A DNA stretch of 64,000 bases from Felis catus (Eukaryota), in the NCBI RefSeq assembly GCF_018350175.1, contig NC_058368.1, forward strand, positions 18,788,001 to 18,852,000. Reading direction: 5' to 3'. Below, piece after piece: positions 37,601 through 50,897 of the stretch. Numbering within the stretch: the first letter of the stretch is position 1; the number at the start of each line of letters is the position of its first letter. Below the pieces are notes generated by a model, which was given only the letters and a program-made list of their open reading frames with translations, was not told where the DNA came from and ran no database searches. The translations under genes and the position numbers were made by a program.

Positions 37601-39059
37601 TAAAAAACCACCTCCTTGGCTCCGCCATTGTGAACAATCACATTGTGAAGGAACACACTCAAGACTAAGGTTACATGAACGCATCTTGAGGGAGGAGAAA
37701 TAATTGTTTACAAATACTAGTGTACAAAACGAATTTTCTGCCTCACTGGGTAAAACAGACTGACAAAATATGATTTGCCTTTAATTCTAATGGTGACTCT
37801 TTATGGCAGGAAACCATAACAGCTGAAGTGTGAATTTCAGGTATGAGCATCGCCCTGGGGAAAGCATGTGTAAGGAGGCTGTGGGGACCCACAAGGAAAA
37901 TGGAAAGGCCCCAGGGGCCCCTGCAGCCTAGACCTGCCCGTCACCTTGCCACACGGTGGGGGGGAGCAGTAGTCACCAAATCAAACAAAAAGAACTTCAA
38001 ACTTAAGACACTGGAACACATGACTAAATGAATTTGTTGTTCTAGAAATTCTAGAAATTCTTTCAAAATGCTAGACAAACTAGATTTTTCCAAAAGCATT
38101 TTATCTCATTTCTGTGAACTCTTTGTCAATGCATGCAATTGTTTTGTAGACTCCCAGCATGGACTTTACTCCCTCCTCCTGCTTCCTCTCTTTTACACCA
38201 TCTCTTCCTGCACTTCTACGAGTGAAAACAAACTAAGGAGAAAGTAGAAATAATCTCTATTCAACAGAGTTCCCATTAGTTGCTAATAAAACAACTTTGC
38301 AAAATAATCCATTCTGCTTGCAAACGGAAGGAAAATATGTGACCGTTTGCCAATTGTTCTTTTTACAAGTGATGTCAATAGACGCCATATAGATTCAACT
38401 TTTCAAAGTGTTGTAATAGAAGATGTATGGTGAATGGCTAACCTACATGCTTACACAATAGGCCCCAGCAGTGTTCAGCTCTTCTTCCTCAGGCTGATCT
38501 CATTTTCCAGAAGCCTGTCCTTCTTGCCTGAACATCAATGACCCCACAGCACACTCTCACCCCCCAGTTTGCAATGAGGACTTGGGCTTCTCCAGTGATC
38601 CCAGGGCTGGGAAGAAAAGACTTGCAGCCTCATGAAATGTGCAAACTAGAAGGCACTGGGAAGGTCATCTGGCCCAACACTCCCATTTCCCATTACAGAA
38701 AATAGAATTTAGGAAGATTAAAATCCAGATGAGAAACTTATACGAAACTTATACAAGAGTTCATTTACAAAAAGCACAAGCACCTGGGGCTCTATTCCTA
38801 GAAGAAACATAGAACAAGTATCAAGAGCATGCAGGGTCCCTCCCCTAATCAAACCAATTCTTAGCTATAGATTCACAAATGGCTATCAATACACTCTTAG
38901 CTCTAAACAGCTTTCTCTCTGACTCAAATCTTTCCAAAGAAGGAAAATATGACTACGTTAAAGAACTTCCAACAACAAAAAAAGCATATGGGAGATTATG
39001 CTCTCATGTAAGACAGTACCAAAAAGACAACTGTAAGAATTCATGAGCACCATGAAAAG

Positions 39060-39252
39060 TTTCAGCACACGGACAGGCAGAAGCCAAGGTCTAGCTGACT
39101 GCAGGGCCACCTTGAGGGAGCACCTTGATCTCACTAGGCCTCGGTCTTGCCATCTGTGAAGCAGTAACTACACAGGACTGTTACATAGGATGGTTAGGAA
39201 CTGAACAGCATAACATATATGGGAAGTGCTTAGCACACCCCTGGACACAAAG
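39060..39252 (+). mobile_element. MIR
   Basis: ggcctcggtcttgccatctgtgaa...gggaagtgcttagcacacccctggacaca. Confidence 0.55.
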
Positions 39253-40367
39253 ATGAGGAAATCAAGGCTGGCCTCTTTCTGATAGGAAGCAAAGGGATAT
39301 ATAAACAGGAATTTGAAAGCGATCGTGAATGGTTACAACTTGATTAAAAACCATTCATCACAAACTTCCTGTTTAACAGTCTTCCTCAAGCTGGTTTCCA
39401 GGTCCTCACAACTGAGCCTGCAATCCTTTTACAGAAAAATCGTTTTCTCCCCTTGCGAGGATTTTAAATGTAAAAATGTGATTAACTAGCGTGCTCTGTC
39501 AGCTTTCTGGACGAGCCATGTCAGAACATATGTGGGTCCCTGAGGTTGTTCAAGGAGACAGACCAGCTGACGGATGACAGACTACATGCAGGAGGACAGT
39601 TACAGCAACGCCCCCTCTACATCTCTTCTCACACACCGCTCACTCACCACTGTTTACTTTGCAGAGAACAAACCCTAAAAGGGGCCTGAAGAGGTGAGGG
39701 ATTTCAAGAACATGTTGCAGGACCAAACACTTGGTGAAAAGGTGAGCTACAAGTGAATGGGACTATGGTCTTAGGAAACCAAGAGGGAAGAGGGAAGCAC
39801 CCCCAGCCTGAGAGGAGGGGCAGGGAGGAAGCCCTGCAGTGCGGAAAATGACCCCATTGAGATGATGGCCCTGGTGAGAATGCGGGACGACGCCTGCCTT
39901 TTGATAAGCTCTCACATTAGCCAAAAGCCTAAGTATTTCAGAGTAACAGGTCAGCCAACAACCTCATCGGGGTGTAAGAAAAAATCTCCACGGATAGAGC
40001 AGAAAATTTACTTTGATTATATCAGAACTATCCCATGCTTTTATTTCTCAGAAGGTGCTAATCAAAACAACACAGTGCTTCCCCTTGCTGTGTCCTACAG
40101 GAAAACCCCATTATCGAAGAAAGCTGTTTTATGAAAGAAAGGGCAAAGCCCCTCAATTTTCAGAACGTGAAAAGGAAAGTCTTTCCAACAGCATTAATGC
40201 CCCATGCTTTTCACACTATCAGAAACTAGGAAGCCCAAAGACAAAACTCCAAAAATTCCAGGTGAGGTTGAAACCTTAGGTACAAGCATCTTTCCCTGTG
40301 TTCCAAATCATGGGGTATTGATGTTAATCACTCTCTCTCTATAACTTCCATAAAAGTTGCTAACACA

Positions 40368-40500
40368 GGGTGCCTGTGTGGCTCAGCCAGTTAAGCTTCC
40401 AACTCTTGATCTCAGTTCAGGTCTTGATCTCACGGTCGTGATTCAGGGTCCTGTGTTGGGCTACTCCGTGCCCAGCTTACTTTAAAAAAAAAAAAAAAAA
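40368..40500 (+). mobile_element. Short carnivore SINE
   Basis: Head, short body, poly(A); diverged 16-nt TSD at 40352-40367 and 40501-40516. Confidence 0.88.
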
Positions 40501-41416
40501 AAAAGTGGCTAATGTAGACCCCTGTTTAAGTCAAGTCTGGAAAACAGAAACTACCTCCTGCTGTCATACACTTTGGCCTGAGTACATTGCCACAAAAGCC
40601 AATAATGCCAACTCTCAAATGAGTGTCATCAACTCTGGCTAATTAGGTCCCAGTGGTGGATATAGAGAGACTAAATTTCATTTAGCTAGAATTCTCTTAA
40701 ATGTGTGGGGTTTTTGGTTTTTTTTTTTTTTAAGGCTAGCTAAGGATTTCAAAGTGGAGTTTGTGTCTCCTGGGATTAATTTAGTTTCTGTGCAGCATGC
40801 GGGCATCCCTATCGATCCTTTAACCCACTCACCTCCCCCTCCAGGGAGGCATAAAGACCGCGCACTGCCAAGTCCCAGGCAGAGAACTTCAACACCCCAT
40901 CCTGACCATCTGGTGGCCTGAAAGAGCCCATCCTTTCTGAAACTTCTATTTAATTAACTGCTCAGAATATGGACTGTCTCAGACACAGAAGGCCACACCA
41001 TAGCATAGTATTAAGAGGAAACTCATTTGTTGCCGAAGTGCTCCTGCTGTTTCCTAATGAAAATTTGTGTCTATTTTATAGGCCATACCATTTTTCTCAT
41101 CTTCAGCGGCTCTACAAATGCACTGCTTTACAAGCAATTAATTAACTAACTCTGTATTTGGCTACCAGAAGAATAACTACTGGTGAACTTGGCTACCAGA
41201 GTATGGCAAAACAAAGTAGAAACCAAAAACAAAAGAACACTTGAGAATTTATCTTCTTCTGATGAGTAACTCAAATTAGGCATCAAAATGAAACACGGTG
41301 TGTAACAATTTGATCAATGTTCAAGTTTTCTAAAGTTATTAAAGGACTAAAGTAAATTTTGAAGTATTTTGTGATGAGCCCTTTAACCCACTCATATTAG
41401 GTGAATGTTTATTCAA

Positions 41417-41552
41417 GGTATGAGCCGGAGTGGCTCACTTGGTTAAGCAACCGACTCTCAGTTTCACCTCAGGTCATGATCTCATGGTTTGTGAGTTCAA
41501 GACCTGCACTGGGCTCTGTGCTGACAGTGCAGAGCCTGCCTGGGACTCACTC

Positions 41553-41607
<55 letters not shown>

Positions 41608-41655
41608 ATAAATCAGCTTTAAAAACCAACAAAACAACAACAACAAAAACAAAAA
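41417..41655 (+). mobile_element. Carnivore SINE with expanded (CT)n
   Basis: ctcaggtcatgatctcatggtttgtgagttc, long (CT)n, A/AAC tail. Confidence 0.9.
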
Positions 41656-41926
41656 CAGGGCATGTACCCCAACTGTTTACAAGAGCCAATGAAAAACTCT
41701 ATGAATTGAATATAAATTCAAAGGCAAGCACACCTGAAACTTTGAGATTAAAATCTCTAGGATAATATCCCATCCATAGAATGTACTATACAGAATTGTT
41801 TTTTGCCCTAAATATGTTCACTGTCTGAAAATCTAGGCGAACATGAATCCACTGAATGCATAATCTATTTACCAAGAAATGCTACCCTTAGTAAACAGAA
41901 TTAAGAAGTATGAAGTCAAAGTGGGT

Positions 41927-41960
<34 letters not shown>

Positions 41961-43073
41961 GGAACTCAAATGTAACAAATCCAGATTATGAGAAGAATGG
42001 AGAGAAACTGCAAAAATATAATATTCTGAATTATATATCACGTGCAATATAAAGTTTTCTTAGTTATATAGAATCCTGAAACTAGCTTGCTTGCCGAATA
42101 CTCTGGCTAATCAGCAACGATTTGTGACTGCTGAGCACGTGTACTTTTTTGTTTAGGGGCCAGCTCACAAAAATTCTTGTCCCAAATCAAATAGCTACTA
42201 AAAAATCACTGGTTGACCTAATACTAGCAAAATCATTTGGGCCCATTTGCTCCACGGTAAAGCAAAACCCCCCAGACATGGGAGGCAGGGGCCAAGCCAG
42301 GGCTGTTTCCAAGCATCCTGCAGACATCGGGATCCAATTCAGCAAGCAGACCACAGAGACAGTAGGTGTGTTCGCTGGATTAATGGCCCTGCTCTCTGCA
42401 CCTTCCTTCCAAACAACTGAGGCTCCTTCAGCACCATCAGGTGCCCACATCAACAGCGCAGGGTCTCCAAAAGAACCCCAAACACATGTTTCAGAAATGC
42501 AGCTTTTGTGGTTACCTAAAGGCCTACAAACATCATAGCCTTCAAAGCCTTCCACAACGCGTCCACCCTAAAACCACACCTGCCCACCAGCACAGATCCT
42601 GTGTCCTAACACGAGGCTACACCTGACATCTCAAACAGCATCTGCACACAGGGCTCTCCAGACAACATGGCGCTGTGCTTAGTTGTAAAAACAGCTTTCC
42701 TCCCCTGTGTAAGCGCCCACGCTGTGAACAACAGCCCCTGCAAAGTCTCACCCCTGCTCACCCCTGCACAGTCACGGACACTCCACCAGAAGTAAGCACA
42801 CTCAGGTTAGTGATACCCACAGGATTTGCAACCTCAGTCAGGCCTCAGGTCGAGACGAAGGCCAGCCCCGGGGGCAAGTGCTTCGCCAAGACTATTCCTG
42901 GGCTCAGGGGATGCTGGAAGCTCCAACTAGAGTCTGTCCTGGAAGCAGATTTAGATGACCTGAGGACAGCCTGCTAAGTATCCTTTGTGTTTCACAGTTT
43001 TTGAGCTCAGCCACAGGGCTAGGCAGGTTCTTATTCCAGAGAGAAGAGACAAAGTCAGGCAAGACAAAAGACC

Positions 43074-43104
<31 letters not shown>

Positions 43105-46100
43105 GGTGTCCCAACCACCTGGGGATCCTCACTTGAGCAATTAGCAAACCTTACCATCTGGAAAGTTCTCCTTGCATTGAACTTTTTACTCTAATGCTGC
43201 AGCTTGAACTCATGTCCTCTTTGGAAACATGAACAACACTGCAGCCAAGAATGAAAAGTACAAGACCGTGTTTATAAATCCCCAAAGACAAAAACCTCAC
43301 CGCTACTTTTAGTAGTTATAAATATCATTTCTACGAAGGCATTATCTTTGAAAATGCACTTATTACACATAATATTCATTTCTTGTTTGGGGCTGAGAAA
43401 GCAAAGGGAGAATTCTGTACAGTTAGCTCTATCTTAAATACTTAGAGGGAGACCAGTGAAGAAAAAAATGAATAAATGAAGCATTTCTTGGGATGATTCA
43501 AACCTGAGAACTTCTCATCTGAGCCCAAAGTTGGTGGTCCCTTAACCTCCTCTTTGGAACTTCAGTGTTCATTGTTCTCAGTGTTATCACACTTTGAATT
43601 TCCTCCAAAAGGGGACTGTGAATAACAACTATTGTGACTGAAATCTTGCACACAGTACAAATGTTTTGTATCTCTTCCAAGCTACTGCATTCAAGGATAC
43701 TTTGAACCACAGCTAGGAATTCCACCATGAGATATGTATTTAGTATATTCAGGGATGCCCTTTTCTCCACCTTCTTTAAAAAGTATGCATTTGCCAATAG
43801 AGTTCAGAATTAAGGGTCTTCCCAGAGGGCAGGTCCTGTATTCAGGTTCAATTTAGGTCACTTACTCCCACAGGTCAATCAGACAAGTCAGATGATGTCT
43901 TGGTGCCTCACCACCACACAACGCAAAGGGGCACAATGCAGACCAAACGGGAACATGTTTGGAAACCACACAGAGTACCCAAACTGTAAAAGATGCTACC
44001 AGTCTGAAGCATATTAGAGAATTTTTCTGTAAATTCTTGATATTCTACAACAAAGGTAATCAGTTTCTCTAGAAATTATCATCCCTGCTATCACAGATAC
44101 TTAACTACATACAGGGACGTCAGCCTAACAGACCGCTTCAGCATTTCTCCAGGGCCATTTCCAATGGCAGTCTCTTTGGTATTAATTTGTTTTTTATTAC
44201 TGAGAAAAGTAATGTAGTCAGATTCTGACAACCTAGTTAAGACTGTAATAGCTTAGAATTGTGACTGGTTGAACAAAGTTTAAAACAATCATTCTTTAGT
44301 GCAATCCTACCCCCAGAAGGTTAAGTTTTGCATTTCAACCATTTCTAAAGCCACAATGTATTTCTATTAAACAATTCATGAAGACGGACACCAATATATT
44401 GGATAACCATTCTAGTCCTTAAAGTAGCTATAAATTAAGCTAGAGTAGCATACAATTGTAGAACAAAACATTTTCTTTTTTCAGTTTTCTAGGCTGGGTT
44501 ATTTATTGATTTGTTTACGCATACATACATACCTACATACATACACACACGTGACTGTTCCAAAAGGACCACAGGGTGAATGGGGGCTGGAATAGAAGGT
44601 GCTGAGCCACCTTTTAGTCACCGAGGAGCCTGCACTGCATCCTACATGCAGCGTACAGGAGAGCAAAGAAGATCAGAAAAAAGGACGATGTGGAACCTGG
44701 AGGAAAGTGCCAACCCATCTTCCCACAAGATGGTGGAAGAGAAGGAGAGTCTGTGTCCTGCTTGAAAAGCAGAGATTTTTTTCACCTACCCAAAAATTTA
44801 AGTGGGTGTGGGTGTATTTTACCGTGCACATAAATTTTTGTTGATGAACAAAAGCATCTCCAGGAGGTGCTGTTTGGCACGGTTCTTCCCCACCCTGAGA
44901 GGTGCCCGCGGTTCCGCCCTCTAACAGGGCTCTGCTGCAGCTTGTGCGGAGCCTGGTGTGCGGGAACAGCCTCACAAGTGTCATCTTCAGGACCGGATTG
45001 ATGTCTCTGAACATGATCACCGAAGCAGCTGTTTAGCTTCTGTCTCATGACTTGAATGCTACTTGGTTGTTTTGGAACTCATGGCATAATCTCAGATTTT
45101 CTCGTAGTCACAGGAGGGCAGGATCCTGAGGCAGGGACCATTTGTTTTGAAAACGAATTTTTAAATTCTCCCTTCGTGAAGCCTAGTATGTTTTCATACT
45201 TTTATCCCTCGTTCACGACATTCAGCATACAAATTCAGTTCTCGCTTTTTGAAAGGTTTATTTTTGTTTCTTGAGGTCATTGTCTGGGCTTGACCATAAC
45301 ATCTTTCAGGTTGTTTTGAACAGCTAAAGGGAAATTAAAGGAAATAATGCCCTACAATGTAACCATAGACCGTTTGACATAAGCATGAATACAGCTACAA
45401 CACATTATTCACTAGTTAAGTCAGTGCCCTGGTGGGGGCACATGGAATCCAGGGCCAAGAATGGCCCACCACAGCTGGACTGCAGTGATGTGAGGGTGGC
45501 CTGAGATGGCATCTGGCTCTGGGCTTATCACACACACAACACTCCCTCCCACCCCACCACACCTCCCCCATTCTCATGAAAGGCACCCCCCCCCCCACAC
45601 ACACACACAGGTCTAAACCTTGGGAACTTAATTTTTAATGGTTGATTATCCCATCAGGATTTGACCGTAAAAGCACACAACTGTGGGCATAAACCCCACC
45701 ACCTATGGCCAATCCCATAGATACCCTGGCCTCCATCTGCGTCCTGTCTCCTTTCCTTTCTTGCCCAAAATAAGTTAGTGCCGTGCAACTTACAGCCAAG
45801 TTTAAAACTCACAAAGTCACTAGCAAACAAAGAAACAATAGCAGGGAGTTCAAACATTTTGTAAAGCTTAAGTCACACAGTCTCATGCTTTCTCTGATCA
45901 CTTTTCTGGAGGACAGCTGAGAAACCCTTGCTGCGAGAATTAGGTTCTCTTTAGGTTGTTGGCTTCCCCATCCATTTCACAGCACTTTCTCCCAGCCATT
46001 CCTCCTACTGAGGTCATTCTCCCCACCACAACAATACCAAACCAAACACTTCCCAGTAATTCAGAGTTTCTACCTTGATTGTTAAAAATACTGTATTGTA

Positions 46101-46165
46101 AACTTTCGATCTATACTCAATTCCTGGAACAGCTTAGGATGAAAGCAGATAGATCCCCTGTTCTT

Positions 46166-46368
46166 AGGAAGGAGGGAAGGAGGGAAGGAGGGGAGGGGAG
46201 GGGAGGGGAGGGGAGGGGAGGGGAGGGGAGGGGAGGGGAGGGGAGGGAGAAAAGAAAAAAGAAAAGAAAAGAAAAGAAAAGAAAAGAAAAGAAAAGAAAA
46301 GAAAAGAAAAGAAAAGAAAAGACAAGACAAGACAAGACAAGACAAGACAAGACAAGACAAGACAAGAC
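46166..46368. repeat. Compound microsatellite (GGGGA)11-(GAAAA)12-(GACAA)9
   Basis: GGGGA 46190-46244, GAAAA 46261-46320, GACAA 46321-46365. Confidence 0.98.
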
Positions 46369-47186
46369 ATCAAGTGTGATGTCCAAGATCAGTTCTAAGA
46401 AGCTAGACTTGTTTCCTTGGTTTGAGATTTCAGTGGAAAGTAACCCATCATTTCTGCCTGAACAATTTACTTCAAAATACAAGAGTTTTGTCAAGTTCTG
46501 CTTCTGCTAAAAGGAAGGAGGAGAGCTCAGTAATGAGATGGATGCAGAATCTGCCATTTGCACCTTTATCGTCACGCCCCCCCCCATCATTAGCCAATCT
46601 AGTAACAACAAGTGCAAAGTTGAATATTAAATATTAAAGAAATGCTGGGGGTAGGCATGTTGAGGCAGATGGCTTCACACAGGAAGTGTGCCTTGTCAAA
46701 CGTGTGCCAAGATGCAGCAGCATGCTGTTCTGGGTCCAAATTTCTTTGGTCTATCTTTGCCAAAAACAGTGCAGCTGTCATTCAGGTTACAGTTACGGAT
46801 CTTTACCTGACAACGCTGACAACTGGTCCTAGAATGCTAGTCCTGCTGCTGAAGAAACTGTCCTGTGCTCTGGTTTAAACCCTACTCCATAAAGCTCCTA
46901 CTGAACTGACAATGACATGATGACAAGGATTCCCCATGGCCAGCCTCCCACTCCACCCGCAGGGTAGTCTTTATTCCCAAAGCATTACCCCCAACCATGC
47001 CCATGTAACAGCATCCCCTGGACATTCCCTCCAGGTCCCCAAAGATTAGATTTCCCTCCAACCACTGAGGTCTCCTGGAACACCTCCAAAGTAAATCCTA
47101 TGTGCATGTTCATACACAAAGCAACAAAAACAAAATACTCTCCATTAGACTTTTTTGTTTTGTAGGTGTGATCACATGTACTCCTC

Positions 47187-47187
<1 letters not shown>

Positions 47188-47232
<45 letters not shown>
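47188..47232. repeat. (CA)n microsatellite, probably inside a hAT-Charlie fossil ending ~47307
   Basis: About 22 CA units; flank ends ggcacacactttggaaaatgctg. Confidence 0.9.
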
Positions 47233-47234
<2 letters not shown>

Positions 47235-47319
47235 TTCCCTGATACTTCTTGACAGACTCTGCTGTGAAGCCATATTTCAGTGGCACACACTTTGGAAAAT
47301 GCTGCCCTAATGGCAAGAT

Positions 47320-47500
47320 GGTGGTCAAGTGGAAGACCTAAGTCTGGCTCTGTCTTTGTACATGTAACTTTGGACAAATTTAATGTCCTGTGTATCTTAG
47401 CTTTCTTGTCTACAAAGTGGAAAAAATAATGCCTGTCCTACCTGCCTCCCAGGGTAGTAGTAATGGATACAACTGCTTCAAAAAGCATTAAAAAAGAGTC
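47320..47500 (+). mobile_element. MIR
   Basis: tgtaactttggacaaatttaa...cttagctttcttgtctacaaagtggaaaaaataatgcctgtcctacc. Confidence 0.7.
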
Positions 47501-48759
47501 GCATTTGTGAGGTTTTAGGATTGTGCCCCAGGTAGAAGGGGCAGAGCTGCCCGAGCTCCCAACCAAACAACCACCTGTCCCTGTTACCTTGGAAAGCCCA
47601 GGTGCTCTTGCAAACATACTTCTTACCCTTTGAAGAACGAAGGAGACACAGACTGTCCAACAGGCCAAATCACTCTGTAGGAAGGAGGTCTGGCATAGGC
47701 CCCTCCCCCAAACATGACAGAGTAACAGTCAACAAAATGCACAAGGCAGAGCTGGCTACCAGGGGAGAAGAATGGACCCACCCTTAATTTCATCTCCAAA
47801 TCCCTCCCACCTTCCTAAATGTTCTGTGAAAAGGAAGAGGCACACAAGGTACAGGAAATGGAAGAGAAGGGGAAGAGGAAACAGGAGGAGTGTAGTAGGC
47901 TGATTTGCTTAGAAGACAAGTGAAATAGAAAAATAACAAAGACTCCTGAGACTTCTCCTGGGTCAAGCTTTGACTGTGACACCATTCCTCATACTGTGAG
48001 AACTGTGATGTGAGCAGAGGGTCAGTTTCTAGGGTCATGAAAACAGTACCCGCACGCAGTCTCTCCCCGTTAGCATAATCAGTAGCAGAACTGGTGTAGG
48101 ACCAGCCTGGGCAAAAATAGCGACTAGGATTGGAAAGTCTACATACAACATTTGACAATGAATGTCAATTATGACATCTCTGCAACCTCTAGAGCACACT
48201 TTTTTTTTGGGTGGAGGTGGGCGGGGGGGGGGGGGGGCGGGAGGGGTTTGTAGCTAATATAAATGGTGCTCTTTATTACCAGTGACATGAGATCTATATG
48301 GTCAGTTATTTCTTTTACAGACATTTTCATGAATATGATGATGCTGTCTCTGGATGGTGAAGGTAATGAGGGTTTTTACTTTCTAGTTTACCTCTGCATG
48401 TTGTCTTTTTTGCTGTTGTTTTTAAAAGAAAGAGCATGTAAAAAAAAAAAAGCACGTATAGTATAGTTTTTATTATCTGAATAAAGCTACTTCCTTTGGT
48501 GGGGGCAGAGGACAAACAAAAAACCCATGCCTGTTCTTTCAGGCTTTCATTCTAAAAACAAAAACAAAGTAAAACTGATTTCCTATCAAGTGCCAGGACC
48601 TGTATCATGTGATACATACACACACACACATAAATATTTACATAATCAAAGAAGATGAAGTTCATAAACCATATCCTAAGATTTTTGATTTTCCAAGAAA
48701 CAATAGCTCTTTCCTAAAGCAGAAGTGGAAAAAAAACAGTAGTATTACACAAAACTAGT

Positions 48760-48972
48760 AGGGTACAGTGGTTGAGGAACAGGGCTTGTTATCAGACAAA
48801 CCTGGATCTTAACCCACTCCTGAGATTTAGCAAACGTGTGACCTTGGCTGAGTCACTTAACCTCTCCAAGCTTCTTCAACTGCCGCATCTGCAAAGTGGG
48901 AATGATAGCCACTACACCAGGTTTTTATGAGGATTAAAATGAGATAACCATGCAAAGCACTTACAAAATGTC
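48760..48972 (+). mobile_element. MIR
   Basis: tgtgaccttggctgagtcacttaacctctc...catctgcaaagtgggaatgata...tgaggattaaaatgagataaccatgcaaagcactta. Confidence 0.85.
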
Positions 48973-50724
48973 AAGCAAATGTCTAGCCTCTGACTACAGG
49001 CAAGGCTAACCTCATCTGACCTCATGTCACCTCCCTGAACAAATTCAGAAAGAACCCAGTGCTGATTTGTTCTTCAGGCAAAACACATCCAGGGCACTTG
49101 GTCTCAATGTTTATCCAACCTTTATTAGCAGTAGCAACAGAAGATGCTGTCATTTCAAGGTGAAAGTCATCCAGGGCACAATCAAGCAAAGTAAGGTCAG
49201 CCAGAAGCTCAAAGACACTTGGGTCCAAGACAGTCTCCACCGCACCTCTTAGCGCTTCCGTTAGATAGACATGGGCCTTCCTGGCTTATAGCCTGGGCAC
49301 CAACATTTTTAAATCCATCAGGAGAGGGTTTGGGGAGAAATACAAAATGCAACATTAAATCAAACACTAGGGCACTTTCCTGGAGGATACCGAAGAGGAT
49401 TCAGGCTTTCCCAAGGTAGAATAGGTGTCCAGAGTGGATGGAGCACCACTGAAAACTGTGGCCGGGTTTTGTGGTCTTTGACAAACTCTGAAGAGGTACC
49501 GCTTGCAGGCAAAAAGGTGAACAAAAATAGAGTGCAACAGCCTTCCCACTTGTTGCTGTAACACATTCCTTCACTTTAGAAAGATACTCATGAAAACTTG
49601 CAGAGGGCTGCCCTCAAACAACAGTACAAATTGCGTTTAAATCGGGAAGCCAGCTGCTCCTTGATCAGTCATCCTTTTACCAACAACAGAACTTTAATTA
49701 GCCCCCATCTGCTTCCTGTTTTAGGCCACAAATCTTAACTTTCACCTGTTTGGACCAAACTGCAATAACTATACACCCACAGTAAATAAAAACAATTAAC
49801 TTTTCATATAACACGCAATTCATTCTCACTGAGCTGATACTGAGCTATTCAAAATAGTGCGTAATTCAAATCAACTATTTTCCCATAAATAACAATGTTC
49901 TATACTAAAAACTCAACAGAAATTCTCTCCCACCCACATCATCTTGAATTTTTTCCATTAAGAAGGTTTTCAAGCTGTCTGGCTTCAATTTCCTGATTTT
50001 ACTGTTAAGTATGCGGTCATGTCGGGTCATGTAACAACAATGGATAAATCTCACAAAAACATAATGCTGACTTAAAAAAAATCAATTTGCAGAATGATAC
50101 CTATGACATTCTGCAATGTTAACTGACAACACTGATTATATTTAAGGTTGGCGGGTTCCTACAGAGGTTTAATGGACCCACGTATATCAGCCCAGCCAGG
50201 AGGCAGACTTCTTGAAGAAACCGTCCAACACAAGAAGGCTTAGAGCAAGATAAGTGACATCTGTTAAAACCTGGCGGTGTCATGTGGATGCTATGTTAGC
50301 CTCCATGCTTTCCTAGATGTTTAAAATATTTGAGAAGTTGTAAGAGAAAGACAAATGGAGGATGGCCAGTAGCCAGCAGGGGAAGAAGGAGAGTCGGGCC
50401 CTGTACTCCTCTGGCCCCACCACACAGGCACACGCCCATCTGATTTGCTGGGGCTTGAAAAGGCTCCCCAGATGATTCTCATGCCACCCCCAAATTCATC
50501 CCTTGAGAAAGGCTGAATAACAATCTACTCTCAAGGGCAGGGACCCTGCTCACTCATCTCGAAACTGCCCACACTCACCTACTGGTCAATACCTGAGATG
50601 TAAACATTATTTGATCGAATCAACAGATAAGCAGAAGAGGATTCTTTGTTCTGCTATGATCTAGCCCAATAACCAAGCACATCAAGTCAATTTTCCTTTC
50701 CTGAAGGCATCTGAACAGATGAGT

Positions 50725-50897
50725 GGCTATCACTCCAAACTGATGATCACACTCTTCCAGAAAGCTTGCTGAAAACAGAAACACTAATAAAGCCCTTAGC
50801 TCGGAGGCTGGGATTCAAGTATGAATGGAGTGGGGCCAGGGATCTGTATTAAAACACTCACAATATTGAGGGTCACCAGGTTTGGGAACAACTGAAC
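50725..50897. mobile_element. MER5-like fossil
   Basis: gcttgctgaaaacaga...ggagtggggccagggatctgtatt...ccaggtttgggaacaactg. Confidence 0.5.

Noticed and set aside
38040..38060. ttctagaaattctagaaattc as a heat-shock element
   Set aside because: GAA-TTC spacing is 1 nt rather than 2; better explained as a 9-nt tandem duplication.
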